From positions 26,616 to 90,615 of the forward strand of contig JASFYJ010000001.1 of assembly GCA_030055525.1 (NCBI GenBank): a stretch of 64,000 nt of DNA. Reading direction: 5' to 3'. This document shows, one piece after another, positions 9,206-17,547 of the stretch. This DNA comes from Archaeoglobales archaeon (lineage in GTDB: Archaea > Halobacteriota > Archaeoglobi > Archaeoglobales > Archaeoglobaceae). The notes below the pieces were generated by a model that saw only the letters and a program-made list of their open reading frames with translations, was not told the origin of the DNA and did no database searches. A program made the position numbers and the translations under genes. Numbering within the stretch: the first letter of the stretch is position 1; each line of letters begins with the position of its first letter.

Positions 9206-9804
9206 ATTCTAACCTCCAGCTTTGCAACACATCGATTTGCAATTAGATCGCAGTTATCAACAGATCTGTCGAGGTAAACGATTCTTTCAAACTTAATTAC
9301 CTGCGCACTCTTCTCTTGATCTCCGTGGTTTAAAGTTACTTCAGAATTGTTCGTTAAAATGGCACCAGATAAGTTTTTCAGAGATACGCTCATCCTGTAG
9401 ACAATCGGGGATCCGAAAGGTGATAAATTTAGACCTAAATACTTCTTTACCTCTTCTCTACAGGTCGTGTTGTTGAGAAGTTCAGCAAACTTTTCGACTT
9501 TAGTAAGGTTGAGGTTGTTGTAGCTCTTCCCACTACCAGCATTAAATACTATTAAACCTGGCCGAAATTCAACGCTTTTGCAGTTTGTTAAGTTTACTTC
9601 ACTCTCCCAATCCGAAGGATAACCTGGATCTTCGGCCAGCAGAGCAGCAATCCTATAAGCCTGATGGGCAAGGTTTATCTCATTTCTAACATCAGCAAAA
9701 ACGCCCGGCAAAAAGCTCGCTACAAAGATGAACGTGAACAGGAATATCGATAAGCCTACAAGCAGATCTAAACTCAACTTCCCTTTATTTACCGATTCAT
9801 CCAT
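9196..9804 (-). CDS. class III signal peptide (pilin-like) protein A, 202 aa, first gene of the operon
   Basis: The N-terminus is MDESVNKG|KLSLDLLVGLSIFLFTFIFVASFL. It carries several N-X-S/T sequons. Confidence 0.6.
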   Translation of the reverse strand: MDESVNKGKLSLDLLVGLSIFLFTFIFVASFLPGVFADVRNEINLAHQAYRIAALLAEDPGYPSDWESEVNLTNCKSVEFRPGLIVFNAGSGKSYNNLNLTKVEKFAELLNNTTCREEVKKYLGLNLSPFGSPIVYRMSVSLKNLSGAILTNNSEVTLNHGDQEKSAQVIKFERIVYLDRSVDNCDLIANRCVAKLEVRIWT

Positions 9805-9827
9805 TAATAATAGTTATGTGGGCAAAG

Positions 9828-9835
9828 TTATAAAT
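9828..9835 (-). promoter_or_regulatory. TATA box of the pilin-like operon (leaderless transcript predicted)
   Basis: The minus strand reads ATTTATAA, centred about 27 nt upstream of the ATG at 9804. It is flanked by two copies of TTTGCCCA (plus-strand TGGGCAAA at 9819-9826 and 9854-9861). Confidence 0.45.
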
Positions 9836-9863
9836 TTTTTCCAAAAAGGTTTTTGGGCAAATT

Positions 9864-11228
9864 TTAAATCCTCTCGTAATCATCTTCAATTCTCTCGATG
9901 TCATCTTCATGCAGATATTCGCCGATCTGGATTTCGATTATCTCCAAATCAACCTTTCCAGGGTTCTCTATTCTGTGCAAAACACCTATGGGTATGAAAG
10001 TGCTCTCTCCAGGCCTTAGCAGAACTTCTTTACCATCGTAAACTATCTTTGCGGTACCTTTGACAACAACCCAGTGTTCACTTCTATGATAATGTCTCTG
10101 CAAACTAAGCCTTTTTCCGGGCTTCACTGTTATCCTCTTGATCTTGTATCTGTCACCCTCCTCAAGCACAGTATAACTTCCCCAAGGTCTGTAGGCTGTT
10201 CTGTGGACTATAGCTCTAACGTCTTTCCTCTCTTCAAGCATTTTAAAGATGTTTTTTACTTTCTGGGTTTCTCCAAGCTTTGAAATTAGGATTGCATCGT
10301 CAGTGTCTATAACCACGAGATCCTCTACTCCGACAAGTGCCGTAAGCCTTGAGGCAATAATCAAGTTATTTCTAGATTCTAAAGTTATCGCTTCACCCTT
10401 TATGGCATTTTTATCTCCATTTTTATTCATTACCTCGTATATCGAATCAAAACTGCCTAAATCGTTCCAGTAAGTTTCAAGCGGAACTACAGCAACTTTG
10501 GAAGATCTTTCAAGTAGTCCATAGTCTATAGATATCTCCGGAACCATTTCGTAGGCTTTTTCGAGATCATTGGACTCGAAAGCTTCCGCAACTTCAGGTG
10601 CTTTTTCTTTGACTTCATCAATAAAAATTTTTGAGTCAAACAAAAACATTCCACTGTTCCAAAAACATCCTAAATTTAAATATTCTCTAGCTTTCTCTTC
10701 GGTTGGCTTCTCTTTGAATTCTCTCACTTCATAAGCTTCCTCAAGCTTTTTGCCCGGTAAGATGTATCCGTAGCCTGTATGGGGTTTTGTGGGTTTTACG
10801 CCGAAAGTGATCAGATATTTATCTGAAAGCTCCTCAGCGATTTTAAAAGCTTTTAAGTAACTCTCATTCACGTCAATTAAATGATCTGAAGGTAGGACAG
10901 CAACTTTTCCATTGCCAATTATTTTAATTCCATAATAAATTGCTGGCAGAGTGTTCTTCACTTTTGGTTCGAGAATTATATTTTCTTTTGGTATTTTAAA
11001 GCTGGCATCTTCGATATCATCTAATATCCGGAACTTGTACTCTTTGTTCGCAACTATGTATACTTCTTCGGGTTTCGAAAAAAGTAAGGCCCTTCTTAAA
11101 GTTTTTTGAAACAGACTCTCACCAAAAAGTCTTATGAATTGTTTAGGCATCTGCTCTCTGCTTAGGGGCCATAACCTTGTCCCCTTCCCACCGGCGAGGA
11201 TCAGCGTTTTCACAAAAAAGATCTGCAC
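9864..11228 (-). CDS. manC: mannose-1-phosphate guanylyltransferase / mannose-6-phosphate isomerase (cupin C-terminus)
   Basis: LILAGGKGTRLWPLS nucleotidyltransferase motif. The C-terminal cupin region reads LSLQRHYHRSEHWVVVKG. Confidence 0.85.
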   Translation of the reverse strand: MQIFFVKTLILAGGKGTRLWPLSREQMPKQFIRLFGESLFQKTLRRALLFSKPEEVYIVANKEYKFRILDDIEDASFKIPKENIILEPKVKNTLPAIYYGIKIIGNGKVAVLPSDHLIDVNESYLKAFKIAEELSDKYLITFGVKPTKPHTGYGYILPGKKLEEAYEVREFKEKPTEEKAREYLNLGCFWNSGMFLFDSKIFIDEVKEKAPEVAEAFESNDLEKAYEMVPEISIDYGLLERSSKVAVVPLETYWNDLGSFDSIYEVMNKNGDKNAIKGEAITLESRNNLIIASRLTALVGVEDLVVIDTDDAILISKLGETQKVKNIFKMLEERKDVRAIVHRTAYRPWGSYTVLEEGDRYKIKRITVKPGKRLSLQRHYHRSEHWVVVKGTAKIVYDGKEVLLRPGESTFIPIGVLHRIENPGKVDLEIIEIQIGEYLHEDDIERIEDDYERI

Positions 11229-11263
11229 TCTACTTTTTAATCTTACTGAACCAACAGATTTTA

Positions 11264-12208
11264 CTACCTGAGACTTCTTATCAGCGATGTTACGCTGAAG
11301 TTTACTGTTGCACTTCTCTTTCTTTCAATCAAAGCAATCTTTGGTAATTTTAATAGGGCTGAAAGTTTTTTGTTCCTCTGCAAATCTCTAACAAACTCGT
11401 GCTCTACTTCGATCCATTTAAAATTTTTCAAGACCCTCTTTTCATATTCCTCCAGCTCTGAGTTGTTTATGCAATCAGCAAGTATTTTGGCGCATTCGAG
11501 AGATGGAGCATTTCCTTCACCAAAACCACTAACGCAGCCTATAGCCTCTCCAACACCAAAGATGTTTTTGTAAACTATCGGCTTGCATTTCGATGGAGGG
11601 AGCATCCTTATCTTAGCTTTACAATAGCAAGATTTCTCAGAATAGCTAAAGCCGTAAAATTTTCTCATCTCTTCTACCAACTCCGCCGCCCTCTCGTAAT
11701 TCAAATCTCCCGCTCCTATGTGCCATCTTTTATCTCCAAGGGGAAAGGCCCAAGCGTAACCCGTTCTCCTTCCGTAGGCGTAGATGTTTTCATCGAAGTC
11801 GTGTTTTTCTATAGATTGAACGGTAAAATATATTGAATCCATCTCTATATTTGGAAGTAAAGCTCTTGAGGTACCTGTAGCATCAACTTGTATGTCTGCC
11901 TCTACATCTTTAAATTCGATCTCCTGCCATAGATCGCTCAAAAGTTTTTTTCTGTCAAAGGTCACGATATTTTTGTTTTTCATTTCAATTCCGTTTGCAA
12001 TAGCAAGTTTTGGTTTTGAAAGAACGTAATCGTCGAATTCTATTCCAACAAGATTGTACAGCTCTTTGGCTTGCTTATAGGCAATACCCCAAGCGCACCT
12101 GCAGTCAACAGCTTTGGATATCTCTTTAACTCCAACTTCTGCATGATCTCTGAGCAGCATGAATAGGTAACTTCCACCGATTCCTGCGCCATATATCTGA
12201 ACTCGCAT
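11264..12208 (-). CDS. FAD/NAD(P)-binding oxidoreductase, geranylgeranyl-reductase-like (short form)
   Basis: N-terminal YGAGIGGS dinucleotide fold. The GVGEAIGCVSGFGEGN motif resembles GDAAGxxxPxxGEG. Confidence 0.5.
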   Translation of the reverse strand: MRVQIYGAGIGGSYLFMLLRDHAEVGVKEISKAVDCRCAWGIAYKQAKELYNLVGIEFDDYVLSKPKLAIANGIEMKNKNIVTFDRKKLLSDLWQEIEFKDVEADIQVDATGTSRALLPNIEMDSIYFTVQSIEKHDFDENIYAYGRRTGYAWAFPLGDKRWHIGAGDLNYERAAELVEEMRKFYGFSYSEKSCYCKAKIRMLPPSKCKPIVYKNIFGVGEAIGCVSGFGEGNAPSLECAKILADCINNSELEEYEKRVLKNFKWIEVEHEFVRDLQRNKKLSALLKLPKIALIERKRSATVNFSVTSLIRSLR

Positions 12209-12342
12209 GAATGAAATTTTCTACAGTATATATTTTTGTTGCTTAAATGCGCCGATACACTTTCTCTATCTTATGGTAGGTCCTCAATACAACAGCACTA
12301 ATATACCATTACTGTTATTTGAAGTTCGCTGAAACTTTGATT

Positions 12343-13011
12343 ATGCGAAAACCGAAGGCTGTGGCAATCGATCTAGATGGCACCTTGACCAACAAAAAAA
12401 GGGCCTTGAACTGTAAAGCTATAGAAGCTCTGAGAAAATTGAAAATACCTGTTGTATTATCTACAGGTAACGCTGTATGCTTTGCAAGGGCCGCTGCAAA
12501 GCTCATAGGTGTTTCAGATATAGTCATAGCTGAAAACGGCGGTGTTGTTAGGTTCGAATATGATGGTGAAGATTTTGTACTTGGTGACAAGATGAAATGT
12601 GTAGATGCTTTGAGGGAGTTGGAAAAACACTTCAAAATAGAATTGCTGGATTTTAATGAAAGAAAGTCGGAAGTTTGTTTGAGAAGAACTTTTGATTTTG
12701 AGAAGGCAAAAGAAACTCTAAAAGGATTACCTGTGAAGCTGTTAGATTCGGGCTTCGCTTACCACGTCGTGGATGAAAAGGTTAGTAAAGGTAGAGCTTT
12801 AAAATTTGTTGCTGAAAAAATAGGTTTAGAAGTTGAAGATTTTGTTGCAATTGGCGATTCTCATAATGATATAGAGCTCCTCGAAGTTGCAGGGATAGGA
12901 GTTGCTGTTGCAAATGCAGATTTAAGGCTGAAAAAAATTGCGCACATCGTTACACCTTCGCCCGATGGAGACGGTGTTGTTGAAGCTCTGAAACTTTTAA
13001 ATCTGCTGTAA
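12343..13011 (+). CDS. HAD-IIB phosphatase (archaeal phosphoglycolate phosphatase type)
   Basis: AIDLDGTLT, STGN and GDSHNDIEL motifs. I prefer the ATG at 12343 over the tracker's TTG at 12319. Confidence 0.7.
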   Translation: MRKPKAVAIDLDGTLTNKKRALNCKAIEALRKLKIPVVLSTGNAVCFARAAAKLIGVSDIVIAENGGVVRFEYDGEDFVLGDKMKCVDALRELEKHFKIELLDFNERKSEVCLRRTFDFEKAKETLKGLPVKLLDSGFAYHVVDEKVSKGRALKFVAEKIGLEVEDFVAIGDSHNDIELLEVAGIGVAVANADLRLKKIAHIVTPSPDGDGVVEALKLLNLL

Positions 13012-13441
13012 GTTTTTTGGGCTGAGCAACTTCGCCAAGGTACAGTTTCACAGCCTCTTCAACAAGTGCACGTATTGAGTAGTTTTCACCGCTTTCTCTT
13101 CTCAGCTTTAAATTTGGACAAAATACATCTACGTAGACATAATACTCTTCTTTTTCGTACTCAAAAAGTGCATCTTCCTCTCCTCTCTTATACACTGAGA
13201 AAGGATAAATTTTGCATGCAAAAGGTTTCAGCTTATCTTGTAAGATACAGAGCCTATCAATTTGGAATGGGCAACTTCCTCTGATTTTTCTTATGAAAAA
13301 TCTTCCATTTTTCTCTTCAACAAAGCCCGTTTCTTTGAGTTTCAAGTATTCATAAGCGCTTAATCTTACTCTATATTCAGAGCAGCACTTTCCGCAAGCG
13401 TTACAGTGCCATGAAAAGACCTTCCTCCATGGCACCTTCAT
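12950..13441 (-). CDS. YkgJ-family (UPF0153) cysteine-cluster protein
   Basis: CNACGKCC ... GSCPF ... CILQ ... ACKIYPF pattern. The 3' end overlaps the convergent phosphatase gene by 62 nt. Confidence 0.65.
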   Translation of the reverse strand: MKVPWRKVFSWHCNACGKCCSEYRVRLSAYEYLKLKETGFVEEKNGRFFIRKIRGSCPFQIDRLCILQDKLKPFACKIYPFSVYKRGEEDALFEYEKEEYYVYVDVFCPNLKLRRESGENYSIRALVEEAVKLYLGEVAQPKKLTADLKVSELQQHRLHRAKV

Positions 13442-13473
13442 AACCTTACGACATACCTTGCGGAATTCAAATC

Positions 13474-13998
13474 TTACTTTATATCCCTGCCCAATATCCT
13501 CTCTTCAATACTTTTCTTTGTTGCGAAGGCCTTTTTGACATCAATCTTCATTAGATACCAGATTATAACCAAATTCAAAGCGACATCAAAGAAGATCAGG
13601 GGAAATACAAGTGATGCAAAGAATCCATAGGCTGCATTCAAGCCGCAAACCAGTATTGTCAAAATCCTCCCCCACTCCCTAAGTTTAAACAGTCCCCATC
13701 CTGCTAAGAGATATATAAAGCCAGAAAAGGCTAAGAAATAGCCAAAAGTTGTGTAGAAGTTTTTAAAGTCATCCATATTGAACTCAATTCCGAAGCTCTC
13801 ATTTAACATTTCTGAAATTTCTTTCGCCTCTTCCAAGCTGTAGTCTATAAGGATCAAAGATAGACCAGAAAGCAGTCCGAAAAATCCTATTAAGAACATG
13901 AATAGTCCTATCAAGGTTACTCCAACTGGACGCATAAATTTTGATAGCTTCGAAGTAATAAATTGATTGCGAATATTTTTATACGTTAGGTACAACAA
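13474..13998 (-). CDS. hypothetical membrane protein (about 4 TM)
   Basis: Hydrophobic segments only, with no recognisable motif. The start is uncertain (internal MRPVGV is possible). Confidence 0.45.
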   Translation of the reverse strand: MLYLTYKNIRNQFITSKLSKFMRPVGVTLIGLFMFLIGFFGLLSGLSLILIDYSLEEAKEISEMLNESFGIEFNMDDFKNFYTTFGYFLAFSGFIYLLAGWGLFKLREWGRILTILVCGLNAAYGFFASLVFPLIFFDVALNLVIIWYLMKIDVKKAFATKKSIEERILGRDIK

Positions 13999-14005
13999 TT
14001 AATGA

Positions 14006-14737
14006 ATGCGACAGAGATTCGTACTTGATACTACAGCCATAACCGACGCAGGTATGAGGGTGAAGGAAGGGTTCGAAAATCTATGCGACTGTGCAAACGA
14101 GATATTGAACCTGATAGCTCTTGCTAGATTAAATTTAGAAATAAGTTGCTACATCCCATATCCCTCAGTTTATGGAGAGCTTGTAAGTTTTTTGAGGCGA
14201 AACAATTGCAGTGAAGAAGTTTTCGTAAAGCTAGATACTTGGCTTGTAAAAAAAACTCCGAACAGATATGAGGTAAAAATACCGGCAGTTATTCTTTACG
14301 AGTATATACTTGCAGTCAGGCAGAAAATTAACAGAGGTAGACGGCTTGCAGAAGAGTATATTTGGGAAAGCTCAGCTATAACCACAAACTTCTCTGGTGG
14401 CAGTGAAGCGCTTGAAGTGGAGATAGGTAACCTGATATCGAAGTTTAGAGATAAGTACAGAACTGCAATGCGTCAGGGGCTACTCGATAGCGCCCCGGAT
14501 TTGGATGTTCTTCTGCTTGCAAAAGAGCTTGATGCAGCAGTCGTTAGCAGTGATGCTGGGATAAGAAGATGGAGTGAAAAACTTGGTTTAAGATACGTTG
14601 AAGCTTCAAAATTCCCAAGGATGCTTAAGGAATACCTCATATTAACGAAACCGAGTTTGAAGGTAACTGAGAAGTTTGTAGAGGAGGAAAGTTTGGAGAA
14701 TGAGAAGGAAAAAACGACTCAGCAGGACGAAAGTTGA
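14006..14737 (+). CDS. HARP-type protein-only RNase P homologue (PIN-like, UPF0278) with acidic C-terminal tail
   Basis: It is collinear with recalled Aquifex Aq_880: FVLDTT..., EVKIPAVILYEYILAVRQKINRGRRLAEEY, FRDKYRTAMRQGLLDSAPDLDVLLLAKELDAAVVSSDAGIRRWSEKLGL. Confidence 0.75.
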   Translation: MRQRFVLDTTAITDAGMRVKEGFENLCDCANEILNLIALARLNLEISCYIPYPSVYGELVSFLRRNNCSEEVFVKLDTWLVKKTPNRYEVKIPAVILYEYILAVRQKINRGRRLAEEYIWESSAITTNFSGGSEALEVEIGNLISKFRDKYRTAMRQGLLDSAPDLDVLLLAKELDAAVVSSDAGIRRWSEKLGLRYVEASKFPRMLKEYLILTKPSLKVTEKFVEEESLENEKEKTTQQDES

Positions 14738-14775
14738 GAAAAGAAAAAAATAAAAACCTGTAACCATCTTCAATC

Positions 14776-15735
14776 TTGGTGATTGGAATGGTGAGTGTGA
14801 ACGAAATCGCCTTGGAGATAGTAGAAGAGATGCTCGATTTTGAAGATGAACTTAAGATAGAGTCAAAAGTTCTTGAAAATGGTGCAACAATCGTTGACTG
14901 TGGAGTTAACGTTCCAGGAAGCTACGATGCAGGAATTTTGTACACAAAAGTCTGCATGGGTGGATTGGCAGAGGTTGGAATAGTGGTAGATACAATAAAA
15001 GATGTGCCCTTTGCCTTCATAACTGAATATACCGACTTCCCAGCGATTTCTTGTCTTGGAAGCCAAAAAGCTGGATGGCAGATCAAAGTCGAAAAATACT
15101 TCGCGATGGGCAGTGGGCCTGCAAGAGCTTTAGCATTAAAGCCGAAAAAGACTTACGAAAAAATAGAGTACGAGGATGATGCAGATGTGGCTGTTATTGC
15201 GCTAGAAGCGAGCAAGCTACCTGACGAGAAAGTTGTGGAATACATAGCCAAGGAATGCGAAGTAGATCCAGAGGATGTTTACGTTCTTGTAGCCCCCACG
15301 GCTTCAATCGTTGGAAGTGTTCAGATATCAGGCAGAATAGTTGAGACGGCAATTTACAAGATGACGGAGATCGGTTACGATCCAAAGCTCATAATAAGCG
15401 GTGCTGGAAGATGCCCCATAGCTCCCATACTCGAAAACGATCTAAAAGCTATGGGTGCTACGAATGATAGCATGATGTATTACGGTAGTGTCTACTTAAC
15501 AGTGAAGAAGTACGATGAGATTTTGAAGAACGTACCAAGCTGCACAAGCAGAGATTATGGGAAGCCGTTTTACGAGATTTTCAAGGCAGCCAACTACGAT
15601 TTCTACAAGATTGATCCGCACCTATTCGCTCCGGCTCAGATAGCTGTAAACGATGTATCGACCGGCAAAACTTACGTGCATGGAAAGCTGAACGCTGATG
15701 TACTCTTCAAATCCTATCAGCTCGTCCTAGAATGA
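14776..15735 (+). CDS. mch: methenyltetrahydromethanopterin cyclohydrolase
   Basis: Full-length resemblance to Mch ([12 protein letters not shown]..., GSGPARAL..., about 320 aa). The start may be the ATG at 14788. Confidence 0.85.
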   Translation: MVIGMVSVNEIALEIVEEMLDFEDELKIESKVLENGATIVDCGVNVPGSYDAGILYTKVCMGGLAEVGIVVDTIKDVPFAFITEYTDFPAISCLGSQKAGWQIKVEKYFAMGSGPARALALKPKKTYEKIEYEDDADVAVIALEASKLPDEKVVEYIAKECEVDPEDVYVLVAPTASIVGSVQISGRIVETAIYKMTEIGYDPKLIISGAGRCPIAPILENDLKAMGATNDSMMYYGSVYLTVKKYDEILKNVPSCTSRDYGKPFYEIFKAANYDFYKIDPHLFAPAQIAVNDVSTGKTYVHGKLNADVLFKSYQLVLE

Positions 15736-15839
15736 TTTTTAAGTTCTTTTAAATTTTTGTTCGACATCTGCTGTTTTAGTCTTAAAATTTGCCAAAACTT
15801 TAAGCACTTAGCTTTTTAAGTTGAGAGTGAACTGAAAAC

Positions 15840-17027
15840 ATGTACTCTTTGCGTTGCATTGAATGTGGAAAAAAGGTCGATGAAAGTAGTTATACATGCG
15901 AATGTGGGGGATTGTTGGAGGTAATTTTTGATTTAAATGCTGTTGAGGTTGATTTCAGGCTTGATGGAAAAGATATGCACGTATGGAAATATAGAGCACT
16001 TTTGCCTGTAAGTATAGAACCAATTACACTTAAAGAAGGTGGAACACCGCTGTACAAAGCAAAAAAGCTCAGTGAAGTGGTAAAGGCAGAAGTTTATATA
16101 AAACATGAAGGATTAAACCCCTCAGGATCTTTTAAAGATAGAGGTATGACTGTTGGTATAACAAAAGCTCTGGAACTGAATAAAAAAGCTGTAGCCTGTG
16201 CCTCAACTGGTAACACTTCAGCATCTATGGCTATGTATGCAGCAAAAGCTGGAATCGATGCCTACGTTCTGCTACCGGCTGGAAAAGTTGCTTTGGGTAA
16301 GGTTGCACAGGCTTTGATGCATGGTGCTAAGGTTATAGGTATAAAAGGGAATTTTGATGATGCGCTAAGAATAGTCAGAGAAGTTTGCGAAATTGCAGAT
16401 ATATACTTATTGAATTCAGTAAATCCATTCAGACTTGAGGGACAAAAAACGATAGCTTATGAGATAGCGGACGAGCTTGGGGTGCCGGATAGAGTAGTAG
16501 TCCCAGTAGGAAACGCGGGCAACATATCTGCAATATACAAGGGATTCCATGAATTGTACAAGCTAGAAATGATTGATAGAATCCCAAAAATGGTTGGAAT
16601 ACAGGCAGAAGGGGCTGCACCAATCTACAAAGCATTTTTGCAAAAAAAGAATAATATTGAACCAGTAGAAAATCCTGAAACTATTGCAACAGCAATAAGA
16701 ATTGGAAATCCTGTTAGTGCAAAGAAGGCTCTAAGAGCTATATACGACTCCAAAGGTTTAGCTGAAGTAGTAAGTGATGCTGAGATAATTGAAGCTCAGA
16801 AGTTCTTAGCAGCTAAGGAAGGAATCGGAGTTGAACCGGCCTCAGCTGCAAGTGTGGCAGGCTTGATAAAGCTTGCAAAGAATGGAATGATAGAAAGAGG
16901 TGAGAAGGTAGTTTGTGTAACAACAGGAAATTTACTTAAGGACCCGGAGACCGTGTTGAAGGTATGCGGCAGTCCGGTAGTAGTAGGTGCTAGTGTTGAG
17001 GAGGTACTGAAGCTTGTTCGTAGATAA
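15840..17027 (+). CDS. thrC: threonine synthase
   Basis: N-terminal Cys-rich zinc ribbon, PLP motif SGSFKDRG, and ASTGNTSAS. Confidence 0.9.
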   Translation: MYSLRCIECGKKVDESSYTCECGGLLEVIFDLNAVEVDFRLDGKDMHVWKYRALLPVSIEPITLKEGGTPLYKAKKLSEVVKAEVYIKHEGLNPSGSFKDRGMTVGITKALELNKKAVACASTGNTSASMAMYAAKAGIDAYVLLPAGKVALGKVAQALMHGAKVIGIKGNFDDALRIVREVCEIADIYLLNSVNPFRLEGQKTIAYEIADELGVPDRVVVPVGNAGNISAIYKGFHELYKLEMIDRIPKMVGIQAEGAAPIYKAFLQKKNNIEPVENPETIATAIRIGNPVSAKKALRAIYDSKGLAEVVSDAEIIEAQKFLAAKEGIGVEPASAASVAGLIKLAKNGMIERGEKVVCVTTGNLLKDPETVLKVCGSPVVVGASVEEVLKLVRR

Positions 17028-17097
17028 TTGATGGTTTTTGAATTGGAATTAAAATATTTTAGGTGTCGAACTATAAAGGAAGTTTGGAATCGGATAA

Positions 17098-17543
17098 TTA
17101 AATATTCAAACCATAGATCTTTTTTATGAGCCCTCTAAGAACCTTTTCGGCTACCTCTATATCTTCGGTTTTTACTTCATTTCTTTTCGGACACATTTGA
17201 TCTACCACGACTTTATTTTTTTCTAAGTCGAAGACAACCGGGTATATCCTGCAACCTGTTGGGCGATGATAGTATATCTGGCATTCCTTATTGGCATTCA
17301 GAAAATACACCTTCCATTTATGTTTCTGAGTCTGAAAATTCCGTCAATTTTTATTGCAAAGTCTTTTCTTGAGTATCCAAGTGATTCGATACGCTTTATG
17401 TCTTCCTCGGTTAGAGGCATTTCTGTGGAGTAACAGCATTTACCGCAAAAACTACTGCCAATTTTACATTCAACTACTACCATCTTTTTTGGCATCAAAA
17501 TATCATTTAGACTTGAGATTACAAATTTTTCGTGGACGACCAA
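17098..17543 (-). pseudogene. YkgJ-family cysteine-cluster gene split by a 1-nt frameshift
   Basis: ORF 17298-17543 ends ...NGRCIF* and ORF 17098-17310 begins (V)YFLNANKECQIYYHRPTGCRIYP. Together they give the canonical C-x2-C-C...GxCxFL...CxIYxxRPxxCRxYP layout. The junction is an A4 run at 17302-17305. Confidence 0.7.
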
Positions 17544-17547
17544 AATT

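Noticed and set aside
9728-9997. An 89-aa plus-strand ORF spans the pilin-operon promoter and the manC end.
   Set aside because: It runs antisense to two well-supported genes and through a promoter, with no recognisable features.
12950-13011. A 62-nt overlap of the convergent 3' ends of the phosphatase and YkgJ-type genes.
   Set aside because: Both C-terminal tails are non-conserved-looking extensions. The overlap probably reflects late stop codons rather than a functional antisense arrangement. It is not evidence of anything by itself.
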